The translations under genes were made by a program, and so were the position numbers. From Phoronis australis (Eukaryota; Animalia; Phoronida): a stretch of DNA of 64,000 nucleotides. Below are positions 12,600 to 25,084 of this stretch, piece after piece; the first letter of the stretch is position 1, and each line of letters opens with the position of its first letter. The notes beneath the pieces are model-generated. The model saw nothing but the letters and a program-made list of their open reading frames with translations. It was not told where the DNA came from and ran no database searches. The stretch is from positions 551,632-615,631 of the forward strand of contig NMRA01000162.1 in NCBI GenBank assembly GCA_002633005.1, in the 5' to 3' direction.

Positions 12600-15080
12600 C
12601 TACACTCTTACATCTATTGATTACATTATTCTTCTTAATTGATATCGGGCCGTAAGTGAGCCATTCTCAATGACACTTGAGACACTCGATTTTCAAGTAT
12701 CTTCATATGGAGCTAACGTATCATTTTTTCTTAGTTTACCGTATGAATGATAAGTTTTGAACAATTAACTCAGCTCAGCAAGTGCAATCATAGAGTTATT
12801 TTGTTGTTTTATTAGAGCAACTAGATAATTTATTTGAAAAATGAAAAACGCGTTCATTGGGTCAATTTTAGCTCTAGTTTGTTATCATTGACAACAAACA
12901 ATCTCACTGAGCAATTTTATAAATCAGCATGCTTGGTAAAATCGAGAAAAATAGCTCTTAGTATTTTATACTTTCTTGTGTATTTTTCATGGACATATAA
13001 AAATTTAACTTTTGCACTAAATTTTTACTTTTTGAAACACGTCGTTTGTTTATAACTGTGTTTTATGACGTCTCGTAAATGACACAACATGTCCCGTAAG
13101 TGAGGGGCAAGTGATATTGTGACGTTGGCTATTATTTCTGACCACCAATACTTCAGGAAAAACTGATATGAAATAATGAGGAATAGTATACTTATTTAAG
13201 TCTATATCTTGTCACCTGTATGAGTTGATGTAACTGATTACGTAATAAAATGGCAACAGAATATAATTCAAGCGTCTGTGTTGCAAGAAGGCACGTGGAG
13301 ACTTTTGTAACATAACTCACATTTACTGTACTGGTACTGTAAATCCAAAAGTTTTCACTCAACATTTTTACATTTGCTATACAACTGTGCCTGACATCTA
13401 ACACGTCACAAGTCAAGTAAATGACCACTTAATGTAGATCTAATTCAAGCGCTGACAATTAGTCTTAAGACTGTTAAGGTTAAAAACTTTTTAACGGCAA
13501 TGTTAACTCGGCTTTAAACGTCGTAAAGAGAAATCAAGGTAGTCCAGTAATTCATCTGACGTCTTGAACGCTCTCCAGCCTTCCCAGTAGGTGCGAGGTT
13601 CAGGACGAGCTTCAGGATGTCATCTTTCCGTAGCCAAATCTCGTTTCCTTCGGCCACATAAACAATCCACTCATTTTACTGGACGGCTGCAAGAAGTTGA
13701 CTTCCACAGGCAAGTCAACATCATCTGTGTCCACGACTTGTCCGAGATATCAGCGACCTTCATATTTACAAACAAAATCGCCTTGCTTCTCTTGTATCTT
13801 GACTTCTTTGGTCTCAGTTAACACTCTATTGTTTTCTTGTCTTTCGACTTGTACTTCTGTCAGTTCTGACACTGGTACGAAATACCCGTAACTCATTCAC
13901 GTTCTCTTCTAAGCCGTTCATCACCAAGGTTTGCCTATTTACGGGCTCTGTAGACTATTCCTTCATTCGCTGCGACTTGGATTTTGGCATTCCGCAACGC
14001 AAACCAAGGTGAAAAACTCTAATTAATAGTTATTAAGTAAAATAAAAAGATGTAATCCTTATTTTTGCAAGGTCAGCTGAATTAAGTCATGTATTGTCAC
14101 AGATAATAATTTAATTACTACTTAAAAATGAAATGAATTTGAGTGAAAATAAAACAAATCACTTACGGGACACTGGATGTCATTAACGTGACATTTTTTA
14201 CGAGAACTTAGTAAGACCAACGTCACGTAAATTCTAATCAAAGTATGTTTCACAGGAAGCATTTCGTCTCTTATTTTTGTACGTTAATAACAACCCCAAA
14301 ACATGAGATTTATAAAAGTGAGATTACTGAAAACTTATCAAAAGGTCCTGCTGACTTCTTTAGCGAGTATTTTCAGACAGTATCAATGCCGGCTGAAGCG
14401 CACGTGCTCGTTCTTGAAAATTTGACCTCTATTCATGTCATACATGCCAATAGTAGGTGAAATTAATTTGACTTGACCTAATTATAAAATTGTTGTCCCG
14501 TAAATGAAGGCTCGTAAATGATAAGCAATCAGTTTCAAAGGCCAACATTTTTTCCTAAATGTCCTCCAAAAACTTTTAAAACTGTGCATTGATTTAGAAA
14601 ATAACCATAGCATTGTAGAGTTATTTTAATTTCCACATCTTCATTTTAATCAAAGCACTATTGTTGAGTTCATGCACGTCTCGTAAATGATTTCAAAAAA
14701 ATTCCACCGCGCTATTTGAAAAGCAGTGCCACACAGCCACTTTCAGATGAGGCGAAGGTTTAAAAAATTAAAGCCATCGCCATTTTTTGTGTATTACAAA
14801 TTATTGCTCGCGAATTCACTAAAATGTCTCTTGAAACTTTATTTACCAAAACACAACAATGAGATCTCCTAAATGATTTGAGATTTGGCTTCACTCAGTA
14901 AACATGGTGGAAATTTAAATTTATTTTTGTTTATGAAAAACACTGGCTTTCTCTTCGGAATATGTCTCGCAGAGTTTCCAAAACTTAATTATTCCTTTCG
15001 ATAGGACAAGTTACTATAACAAAAAAGAGCCTGTTTCTACGTTGTCGTTTTTTCAGCTTCACGCAATCTTATGGAACCCT
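12600..15080 (-). mobile_element. Nested DNA-transposon remnant inside the Academ (Sola2- or pogo-like; boundaries approximate)
   Basis: Recurrent YCYCGTAARTGA motif in both orientations (~12650, 13070, 13092, 14160 inverted, 14495, 14510, 14680). Minus strand ~13520-13830 encodes GDFVCKYEGR*YLGQVV..VEVNFLQP..FMWP..IWL, a Tudor-like transposase C-terminal domain. Confidence 0.4.
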
Positions 15081-15319
15081 AAGCTACATGGTGCATTGTG
15101 ACACCTACCATGTAAAGTGTAGCCGGTCATAAGACACAGCACCCACAATAGACATATTCTTCTTCATTTTAAAAGTCTTTTGGCGTCGTTTCATGACTTC
15201 GGACACTCTGTGGTGAGCTGAACATTTGCTTCACCATTTGTCGCGATTCATTGAGAATGAATGATGTAACATGTTGGAAGCTAACTTTTTGTCGAAAATG
15301 ATGTACCTTTACGATTAGG

Positions 15320-16960
15320 AGTGAACTTGAAGTGCCTTTATGGTAGTGCAGAAACAGCTAAAACATTACTAATGAATGAAGCAAAATACCACAATGGATG
15401 CCGAGAACGCTTCCGCTCATACAGCCAGAATTGGACGAAAGTACCAGGAAAGACTGTGATAGCGAAGATAATGTTAAGTGATAAAAACCTCGTCAAGTAT
15501 TAATGCACTCCTCCATCACACCAATTGAGTGCGAATGCCTGCTGTGAGAATTTTCTTGACGATGGACAAACATAGAGAGCTAGAAGTCGAGACTGTAGCA
15601 GAAACGCCAGAAGATGGGCTACACAGTCCAAGAACAGCGTGGTACTCGTACGTTTAAACCCGACCTAGCTAGTAGCATTTGTGGAATTTACCCATTGCAC
15701 CTTCAAGCTTGCTGACTTGCTGATGATCGTCGTCTGGAGTGGATTGTTGTTGATGTACAGCCAATAACAAACACGTTATAGAAAAGCTAGGGTCTAATTT
15801 GTCTGAATACTCAATGGCTCGTGATGTTAAGATCTGTCATAAAAAGCCACTTAGTGGCACTGTGGCAGAGACTGAAAATCTCAAGGTTACTGAGGACGAG
15901 GCTAAAAAGATTTCTGAAGTTGGCGTTCAGCCTCGTAAATTTATTCTTCTACCACATGTACCATTCAATGGATCATTGAAGTCGAACTGTTTCAGTTAGC
16001 CAATTCCCAAACATCCTATGACTCTTCTAGATGTCTTATTCCAGGGTTGAGCTTTTTGAGGAGAAAGTGGCTGCAGACCACGAAAGCATCGGGGGCAGAA
16101 TGAGAGTTGCCTGCCCTATGTCTCAACTTATATGCACTTATGCCGCAAAACAAGCCATCAAAGCTGTTACTCTCTATCAACGTAAGGACAGCGACACACA
16201 TCCTTTCCACTGTATGTGTAATTGAAGCTGAATGCCAATGGTCATCAGAATGGAAACAGTTTCATAAGTTCGGCATCTTAGTGGCTTACGACCGTCAGAA
16301 AGAAACTTGGTCTATCTGTGTCAAAGCGCAGTTAAAAATATTGATTAGTCTGCTGACATTGACATTTCTCTAACCATGCATGCAGCTGATATCTCCAGTA
16401 CCAAACTTTCTGATGACTTTCGCTATTTTCCCATACATTGATAAGTTTGTTGGAGATCTCAACCTTCAACTAATTCCAGCTGTGACAGCCAAAACTTCGT
16501 TTACTGAAAATCCAGGGGTTCTTGATGAAGCGTAGCTCAGTCATGTGCACAATGTTTTTCGTGAACTGGAAGGACAACCTATTACACAAACATCCTGAAA
16601 CTTGACTCACTCCATATGTGACATCTTGCGCGCTAATGCACGGTAAGAACTATGTGACCCATTCTGAGAATGATGCAAGGAAACTTCTGTTTACCCATGG
16701 CTTCAAGAATCTGGAATCACTACCGCCAACATAGCATGCCGAGCGAGCCCTGCTCACAGCAGCTTTTTTTTAAGCATACCCTTGTCAAAAAACCCAGATT
16801 TCAAACCACGTAAATGGGGATGCTGAACTAACCAGTGGGTGCCATACAGGAGACATCTGGATGATGTAAGCCAGTCATTTTCCCTACTTCTTCGTTGTGG
16901 TTGTGTGGTTGCCTGCAAAGGCAATTGTAAGTGACATTGAGCAGGACTCCGGTGTAGCAC
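15320..16960 (+). pseudogene. Academ protein remnants (transposase N-terminal part, XPG-like C-terminal part, Cys-rich tail)
   Basis: AKYHNGC (~15381), ESLPPT (~16715), KPRKWG and LLRCGC..CKGNCK..GL.C (~16890-16960), with many stops and frameshifts. Confidence 0.65.
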
Positions 16961-17826
16961 CAGCAATTACTCTTAAACTTGACATTTTCATCTTTCTCAA
17001 TCTCTTGTTGATTTATAATTACATAATACAAACTGGAAGCCGGCAGTAGATGGTACAAAAATCTGTTCATTCAGTTAGTAATAGAGTATCTCTGTTTCTA
17101 TATGTCTCAGTCTATAAGTGTTATCACAGCCAACTGGACAAGTCCTGTTTTGTGCAAATCTGGTCTAAGAAAATGGTGATTTTATGATTTTGTGCAGCAA
17201 ATCACATCGAGATACCCTTTAGATTAACTGAGCAATGTCTATGAGGACGAACATAAATTTGAGTTATTTGTAAATGAAATTTGTAATTGCCCTCAAAACA
17301 TAAAACATCAGAAAAGAATTCCTACCCCCAAAAACTATCGAAAACAGGGTATTTCAATATGTTCTAGAAGTGATAATAGCCGAGATAAGTCAATTTTCGG
17401 CAGTGGTCATATTGGAGTTTGTGTATAGCAGCCACCAGGGGGCTAGCACAGTTTATTTACTGTGTTTTTTTAATTTCTTTGCTTACATCTAACATTGTAC
17501 TAAGTTGAAAAAATTGTCAAAAGGTGCTCAATTTTTACATATCTGCACATACGCCATTCCCGCTAGTTGGCTCGAGCTAAGTAATGACAGTGGATCAATG
17601 AAATCATTTTTCTGCCTATGACACTAGACGCGCTCCTAAAATTATCGCATGGTCAGCGATTGCCGACTTTTCAAAATTTGGTTGCAAACCTGCCCACCCG
17701 TATCGAGTAAAATATTTTACTATCTTTGCGTCTTTTTGTATTCTTAAAGACGATATTCAGAAATTCTTGACGTTTCATCAATGTCCCTGGCTAGATACCT
17801 AGTATATATGATTTATTATTCCTCAG

Positions 17827-18511
17827 GTGTCTTCGAATCCACATTTGTCCATTGGGTCGATGTAACGAACACGTTTTTCAGAACTCTGAAAGGCTTCATA
17901 TTCGAGGATCTGTTATACCTGTTATGAGTTTGTTCTTTGGGTAACCCAAAACTGACCCTGTCAGGGGGATAATAATATCGCTAAGAAAAACGGAGTCTCA
18001 TGATAATGGAACGTTTGTGGCCATCTGTATAATTTTAAAAAAGTGGATCACATCCACCTCTTTACAACCTGTCACCGCTTGAAATTTTTTTGTTTCAATT
18101 TAAGGAGTTGTGGAACGATAACACACAAAATTTCTCGCACCTTGGGTTCGCCCAGTAATAATAGTGAAGGGTCAATGTACCAAGGAAAGCAGTGCTACCA
18201 TCGACCTCCAGACTCGGGCAACACTGCTGTACCTCAATCCGTGATGGTGCGGTCGGGATCAGTGCATACATGGTTTATTTTTGTATTGTAGATGCTACAT
18301 TATTGACGGAAACACACACATAGTGGTGGGTGGAGACTTAGATCAAATACCTAGTTACCACAGGAACATATACGAGGAAAGATCAGTCAGCTCTTACGAG
18401 GGGTTCGCCTTCAGAGATCTGATGCTAAAAAGGATAATTTCCCAGCAAAGCACGTTTAGGCAGAAGAAAGAGTGTACGCATTCTGCACGCTGCAACTTGG
18501 TAATCATGTAA
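17827..18511 (+). pseudogene. Receptor paralogue A, membrane-proximal exon and decayed TM/cytoplasmic tail
   Basis: Acceptor ttcctcag at 17826 then FVHWVDVTN. ORF 18281..18511 has YIIDGNTHIVVGGDLDQIPSYHRNIYEE, aligning with YIEDGDDQHLVLKDSIEQL..NIYEK of the 45437 tail. Confidence 0.45.
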
Positions 18512-18584
18512 CGACTGCTTCCTGTTATGACGGGCGTTTGAGTTATTCCTTTTGAAGGCGGACGAAGTAGTCAAGACTGAAAAT

Positions 18585-18861
18585 AAATATACATAAAACT
18601 GATACGTGTAAGGATTTACGCAAAACTGTATTCTGCACTTGTAAGAATATAAACAAAACAGTAAAATACATGTAAGGAGATACACAAAACTATGATACGT
18701 GTAAGGATATACACAAAACTGTACAATACTTGTAAGGATATACACAAAACTGTACAATACTTGTAAGGAGATACACAAAACTGTAAAGAACGTGTATGGA
18801 GATAAACAAAACTATATGATACTTGTAAGGATATACACAAAACTGTATGATACTTGTAAGG
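18585..18861. repeat. Minisatellite, ~9 x 29-32 bp (consensus ATATACACAAAACTGTAYRATACTTGTAAGG)
   Basis: Directly visible tandem units without unique spacers. Confidence 0.95.
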
Positions 18862-19034
18862 TCGAGGATTGGCAATTTAGGAGTGGCCGACAAAAATCTC
18901 ACCGTAACAAATACGTGTTGGATAATTGTCGTCTGTACCCGGCTCTGATGAAACAACGATTGCATTAATCTAAACGGCTGCGTCAATCGGCCATCAGTAC
19001 TCAAACCCAATATTTTCCCTTGGCAGATCAGGAC

Positions 19035-19158
19035 AAAAGTTATCAACCTGACAAGTTTTATTGTTGCATGACGTCAGGTGCATTTTTCAACAATAACAAC
19101 GTGACACGTGATAATGCGACGTCATTGTTGCTATACGGCGTATGACTACAACTGGGCC
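19035..19158 (-). mobile_element. Partial copy of the Harbinger-like MITE at 33168-33317
   Basis: Reverse complement of the internal sequence (catgacgtcaggtgcatt..caacaataacaacgtg..gcgacgtcattgttgctat) ending in caactgggcc. Confidence 0.7.
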
Positions 19159-20525
19159 CAAATTTACAGTTCATCAATCCACACTTCACGTTGTATGGGT
19201 ATTAATTTTTTGTTCTATAACTCAAATTTTGCGCGTGCAAAAAAGCCATAAAAACCACTGTCGGTAATTATGGGTTACAGTTTTTAGCGCGCAGTTTTCG
19301 TCGTCTTCTATTCTGTTGACAGTAATTGCTTGCTCTTCTATGCTGTGTGGCCCATAATACAATGCACAATTCGGTTTTTATTTACTGTGCTGTTGGCGTA
19401 AAAAATCGTTGACCCATTATGTGAAAAAATACCACTTGATCCTTGAGTGCACCAGAACTGATGCACTACATGCGCGCACACTGCTTAAAATACAGGGGGC
19501 TTGAATTTTTCGATATCCGGACCTTTTACTGAAAAAAATCAACCAGGACCAAAAAACGGGGCCACTAGGTTCAGGCCTGCCAATCGTGCATCCGTAGACT
19601 TTGTGGACTTTTGTCTTGTTTACCTGGACATTTTGTTTCACCTTGGCGGACCTTTTTGACCAATTCGCCAAATTGGCCTCCTTAGGTGCGCCCATGCACT
19701 ACAACATGTTTTTTGATTTTGGTGTGCGTATGACCAGTAAGCAACCATTATCAAAACTAAGGGATTGAAACTAAGCTTAAACTGCAAGGCACTGATACGT
19801 AGATTATCAAGTCGTTTGTCGAGCATACCATGTTGGAGTACGAGCAGCGTCGTCGTCATTTAGTTTTTTTCGAGTGTTCGTGTTCTCATTCTCATTTGAA
19901 CAGAGTAGAGCCTTTAATCTTTAGCGTAAAAGATGGTAACAGAATCACATAGAGTTTATCCGATTATATGCATACTGTACGTTGATTTCTGCCAGGTTCT
20001 TCACAGTAGTTGTGGCCTTTGGTACATACATGGCAAGGGGTGGGGGGGGGGCACAACGTGATAGACTAGCAATGCGAAGTATCGGTCAAAATTAATTTAA
20101 AATGTACAACCATGCCAAACTGGGATGTTGTGACATATTTTCGCACTGGGTACATATTATAGACATTTCGTAACTTAGGTGTTCACAGCTAGCACCCAGT
20201 GCAATGTGCTGAGTTTAAACAGTGTGGACCATTTAGCCGACAGGTGTGGGGAAAGTTCGCCCATGACCTGTTAAGTAAACGTTAGGGGAGGCAATGATAG
20301 ATAGAAGCCATTTTAGGTGAAATCACCAGTCAAAAATGGAATCATTTAAATGAACTGCCAATGTATGTATTAAGAACGACCGTATTGTTTGATACCCAGC
20401 CTACGTCATAAATCTAAGATCACCATCCACATTCTTAATCGTGATATCTATTACACATGCAATTCCCTGAAATGCTTACAAAAATGCTGATTCCAGGATC
20501 TTCTCTTCCACGTGGCCGCGACCAG

Positions 20526-20950
20526 AAATGTGAAGATGAAATTACCCGTTAAAACGTGTTCAGTGAGGCGGATTTACTATGTTGTTGATGCTGGAATTAT
20601 GAAAGATTTGACAGTAACAGGTAATATAAGATATCGAGCCTTTGTAAATTTTTTCAAAAAACAAATAACGGTGTTGTCAGAAGCAACTGAAAATGGCATT
20701 GGTACAGTGTCAGTAACAATAGTATTCTCTGTTTCAATACCCAAGGTCACGAAGGAATAGATGATACACCTGCACACACGACTATATACACACATCAAGC
20801 AGTAATCAGCAATTAGTCGAACTTCAAACTAGTGTGCTCAACCGCAAAACCAAACGTCCCGTGATGGTGCTATAGCCAGTTGGCCAGAGATTATACACAA
20901 CGACCGGACTTCCTCAGAGACTCGCTTTCAGTGTCTCGAAGGATTCAAGT
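20526..20950 (+). pseudogene. Receptor paralogue B, decayed discoidin-like exon
   Basis: KCEDEI start (cf. ECVNEVG at 57233); THQAVISN*SNFKLVCS resembles F5/8C TQG...V.SFKL.YS; SETRFQC resembles SDSHYQC. Multiple stops. Confidence 0.3.
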
Positions 20951-21508
20951 GACATCTAGTGCTTAGTTTTCGTAGCCGTTTGTATGTTATGTTCAATATT
21001 GGCGATTTGTTCGACCATTGAATTTGAGCACAGTCCAACTTATTTACATCCGCCCAATCATTTTTTAAGAGCGGTCAACCAGTTTTGATGTACCTGTTTA
21101 GAGGAGTGGGCACCAAGTTAAATCACGACCATTCGGTGTTGCAGTCTACTCAACTGGTTTGAAGTCCGACCAGTTGTTGATTACCCACTTGTACTTGATT
21201 CATAAGCAAAGTTCGCTATAATTGCATGGACTGTAGGATTACACATATAATCTCTAGAAAGGTGGCAGTTGTAAAACGAATGAATTGAGAAACTGTCGGT
21301 AATGGTTATCTGGATGATAAGGAACTCGGTTGAAGATGAGTTGCACTTCGGATTCTCCCAGAACAAACTTGTTTCTGAATTTTTTCTCTTGAAGCATTAA
21401 AGCTACTATGCCAGCATGTTTTCCCTGAAAAGTTTGACACTTTTAAGTCGGCACACGAGCGTAGATGCACGTGAAGTCACATTCGTGTTTGATTTATAAA
21501 TTGTTATT

Positions 21509-21580
21509 GTGTTGTTGCTGCTGCTGCTGCGAATTTTGTTGCTACTGCTGCGAATTTTGTTGCTACTGCTGCTGCCACTA
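21509..21580. repeat. (TGY)n trinucleotide microsatellite with a 21-bp duplication
   Basis: tgttgttgctgctgctgctgc, then gaattttgttgctactgctgc twice. Confidence 0.9.
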
Positions 21581-21589
21581 CTATAAAAA

Positions 21590-21797
21590 ATCTACAAGTC
21601 ATTCAGAGGACAAAGCTATACTTGCACTTGAATGGAATATGGAGCATATATCAACAGGTAGTTTAGAAGACGACCCTTGTAGTGGCACTGGCACGTATTA
21701 CTTCGCGAAGGTACCGGACCTTGCCTTGTACGTACTGAAGGTTAACGTGACTAACCCAAAGAAGCACTTTGATTTTAACTGCCATATTATGAAAAGG
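21590..21797 (+). pseudogene. Receptor paralogue B ectodomain segment
   Basis: LEWNMEHISTGSLEDD..SGTGTYYFAKVPDLAL..NPKKHFDF aligns with LEWSMNIFATES..DD..PGPHSF..LAL..NSKAF (8856-9010). Ends at a strong ag|gtgagt donor. Confidence 0.5.
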
Positions 21798-21903
21798 TGA
21801 GTATTGAGGTCAAATGTCGTTCACGTTGAGCTCGAATGAGTTTAATTAGAGATTTGGAGTAATGTGGAGGCGTATTCTGCGAAAAGCAAGACCTTGTAAA
21901 CTC

Positions 21904-23157
21904 AAACTAGAAAGATTATTGTCACGGCGTGGCAATAATGGGCTCTGCGCATGCGCATTACTGGAATTTTTTGAGAAGTTACTGACAGCAACCCGTTTAC
22001 GAAAAGGAATTCTTTAAAATTGTAGGAGAAATTACATGTTAATATTTTGATGACCTTTCCACTAATTGACCTCTTCCGGTGCATTATGAACCCCGATCAG
22101 GAAATAATTGTAAACTCGATTTAAAGTGTGGTTAATGCTAAGAATCACAGTTGTCTTACTTTAAGCACTTCAGAATACAAGATGAATGAATTGGTCAAAC
22201 TTTCAGAAGAAAAATGATTCTAATAACCCCATGGGTGCACCAAATGATCTGAAAATTTAGAATTCACACTCAATCGCATTTAGAAAACAGATATGCAATA
22301 TTGAAGTCTCTAGCTCAAAATTTTAGTTTGCACTCAATGACCTTTGACCTTCTTTCTGAATGGTTCGGACTATTGCGTAGTAAAGTAGGGTGTTCAATTG
22401 GCATGTTGAGTTACACCAGTGTGCAGAAATTGAAAAGAATTTCTTGAAAAACGTAAGATATAACATTTTGAACGTTAGATGACCTTTGCACTAATTGACC
22501 CTATCCGGTGCATTATAAGCGTCTTTAGGAGAATTATTGCAAAGCCCATGAAAAATGTGTTTAATGCTGAGAATTACAGTTGTCTAACGGTTAACACATC
22601 AGAATACTTAGTGAATGAAAAGTTCAAATTTTCAGGAGAAAAATGCACCTAATGACCCCATGTTTGCACTAAATGACCTGAAACTTTGGATTCCGAATTG
22701 AATTACCTGTGCCAATCAGACCTGTGAATTTGAAGTGTCTAGCTCAAAGTCTTAGTTTGCACCTAATGACCTTTGACCTGTTTAACCTGATTGGATGACT
22801 TGATTACTTAGAAAGTAATTTTCAAATTGCTTTTTGAAATAAAGAAGGAGTAGAATTTTGAAAATTACATGACCTTCGCACCAAACGACCTCTACTGGAG
22901 CAATATGGAATATGATTATATAAGGAATCATAATTTACATACTGTCAAAAATTATATGCTGAATTTAAAGACCGTACCCGCACCCAATTTGGAGTTATTA
23001 AGACTCAAAATTGGTCGGAAGAAGAATAAGAATAAGAAGAATAACATTGAAGAAAACCCAGGAACAACAGTACTCTGCGCTTGCAGGAGCAGAGTAATAA
23101 GAATAAAATTGAAGAAAACCCAGGAACAACAGTACTTTGCGCTTGCACGCGCAGAAT
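21904..23157 (-). mobile_element. Non-autonomous Helentron/Helitron2 (HINE-like) element, copy 1
   Basis: On the minus strand: 5' subTIR+IR (CTCTGC..GCAGAG), (ATTCTT)n microsatellite, ~430-bp internal TGACCT-rich tandem units, 3' subTIR GCGCAGAG, hairpin ATTATTGYCACG-C-CGTGRCAATAAT, terminal CTAGTT. An extra 60-bp copy of the 5' terminus lies at ~23099-23157. Confidence 0.75.
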
Positions 23158-24411
23158 AACTAGAAAGATTATAGTCACGGCGTGACAATAATGGACTCTG
23201 CGCGTACGTATTACCGGAATTGTTATGGTAAGTTGCTGACCACAACCCGTCTATCAATATGAAAACAAATTCTATAAAACTATAGAAGAAAATACATGTT
23301 GATAATTTGATGGCGTTTGCACTAATTGACCCTTGCTAGTGCATTACGAGTCCTGATTAGGGAAGGAACGTAAACTCGATTAAAAGTGTGGTTAGTGCTA
23401 AGAATCAGAGATGACTTACTTTATGCACTTTAGAATACAAGATAAATTAATTGGTCAAAATTTCAGAAGAAAAATGCCCCTAATGTCCCCATGTTTGCAC
23501 CAAGTGAAGTGGTACTTTATAATTCAAACTCAATCGCATTTACTAAACAGATACGTAAATTTGAAGTCTCTAGCTCAAAGTCTTAGTTTGCACTTAGTGT
23601 CCTTAGACCTATTTTCTCTGATTGGATGGCCGTATTGCTTTGTAAGGTAAGGTATTTAATTGGGATGTAGGTTTACACCAATGTGCTGGGCTTGAAGAGA
23701 ATTCCTTGAAAATGTATGAAAAATAACCTATTCAAAATTAGATGACCTTTCCACTAATTGACCCTATCCAGTTAATTAGAAGCCCTTTTAGTAGAACGAT
23801 TACGAAGTTTGTGAAAAGTATATTTGATTCTAAGAATCACAGTGGTCTAACAGTTGACACGTCACAATACTTGGTGAATAAAAATGATCAATTTTCAGAA
23901 GAAAAATCCACCTAATGACCCCATGGTTGCACTAAATGACCTGAAGCTTTATATTTTGAATTATATTACATGTACCAATCAGACTTGTGAATTTGAAGTG
24001 TGTAGCTCAAAATTTTAGTTTGCACCTAATGAACTTTGACCTGTTTAACCGGATTGTATGACTCCATTACTTAAAAAAGAATTTTTTAAATTGCCCTATT
24101 GACTGATACCACTACACCGAATTTGAAAAGAATAGCCTTAAAAATGAAGAAGTAGCATTTTGAGAATTACTTGACCTTTGCACCAAACGAACTCTTCCGG
24201 TGCATTATGGAATATGATTATATAATGAATCAAAATTTATGTACTGTCAAAAACCATATGCTAAATTTGAAAAACATACCTGCAACCATTTTGGAGTTAT
24301 TAAGTGTCAAATTTGGTCGGAAGAAGAATAATAATAAGAAGAATAAGAATTAGAATGAAATTGAAGAAAACCCAGGAACAACAGTATTCTGCGCTTGCAC
24401 TCGCAGAGTAA
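23158..24411 (-). mobile_element. Non-autonomous Helentron/Helitron2 (HINE-like) element, copy 2 (head-to-tail with copy 1)
   Basis: Same termini and internal structure; abuts copy 1 directly at aactagaaagattat. Confidence 0.75.
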
Positions 24412-24720
24412 CAAATGTTTTGCGAGTGTGCTCGGGGGCTTACTAACCTATCATAGCTATTGGACGTTTAGGTTGTAATGTTAAATGTGGGATTTAGTTC
24501 AACGTTTCCGTTGCGTAAGCGAATATTTTCTCTGCATGTTGAGGTCTGCCGAAGGCAGGGCAAGTAGCCTACAGTAGATGTACGTGTGGTTATTGTTGGC
24601 TACTGCAATGAAACTGTCGCTGAAAGTATGAGCAAGTTACTTAAAAAGACGAAGTACGCGAGTTGTGAATTTGTTAACCTAGCATTTGAAACACTGACCC
24701 TGTTTATTTCAATCGTTCAG

Positions 24721-25084
24721 ATATTTCTGTGATGAAGCATCGACTAAATGCCGCTTCTGACCACATCAAACGTCGTTCTCTAAATTTTATTACAAACGGA
24801 GAAAGTGACCTTTTATTCGTCTGCACATGTACGATTTCAGTGTCTTTATTTTCGGAGACTTTGAAGAGGCCTCAGAGTTTTGCATGGGCCTGGTTTCTCC
24901 AATTATCTCACCTGGAGAAGTGACCGACAGCTGTGGATCCAACAAAGTCAATGAAGTGAATCAGTTCCACGAAAATTGTGTCTACAACAGAGCACTTTGC
25001 CGTTCTCCATCGTCGACAGGAGCGCTGTTGGCGCTATGTGTTGTGCAGTGTTTGGAAAAGTTACAGGTTAAAAGTGTAGTATAG
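24721..25084 (+). pseudogene. Exon remnant of receptor paralogue B
   Basis: Phase-1 acceptor tttcaatcgttcag at 24720; frameshifted ORFs 24729..24923 and 24827..25084; ASEFC motif shared with ~11988. Confidence 0.38.

Larger units (their letters stand above)
12284..17565 (+). mobile_element. Academ DNA transposon (degenerate)
   Basis: Termini TAGCGGGAA / TTCCCGCTA, ~270-bp imperfect TIRs, 3-bp TSD GTT (12281-83, 17566-68); coding remnants inside. Confidence 0.85.

Noticed and set aside
18585-18861. CRISPR-like ~31-bp repeat array and the overlapping Cys/Tyr-rich ORFs
   Set aside because: Units are contiguous with no unique spacers, there are no cas genes and the context is eukaryotic. It is a minisatellite and the ORFs are its translation.
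21465-21590. Poly-Cys protein start
   Set aside because: Translation of a (TGY)n microsatellite.
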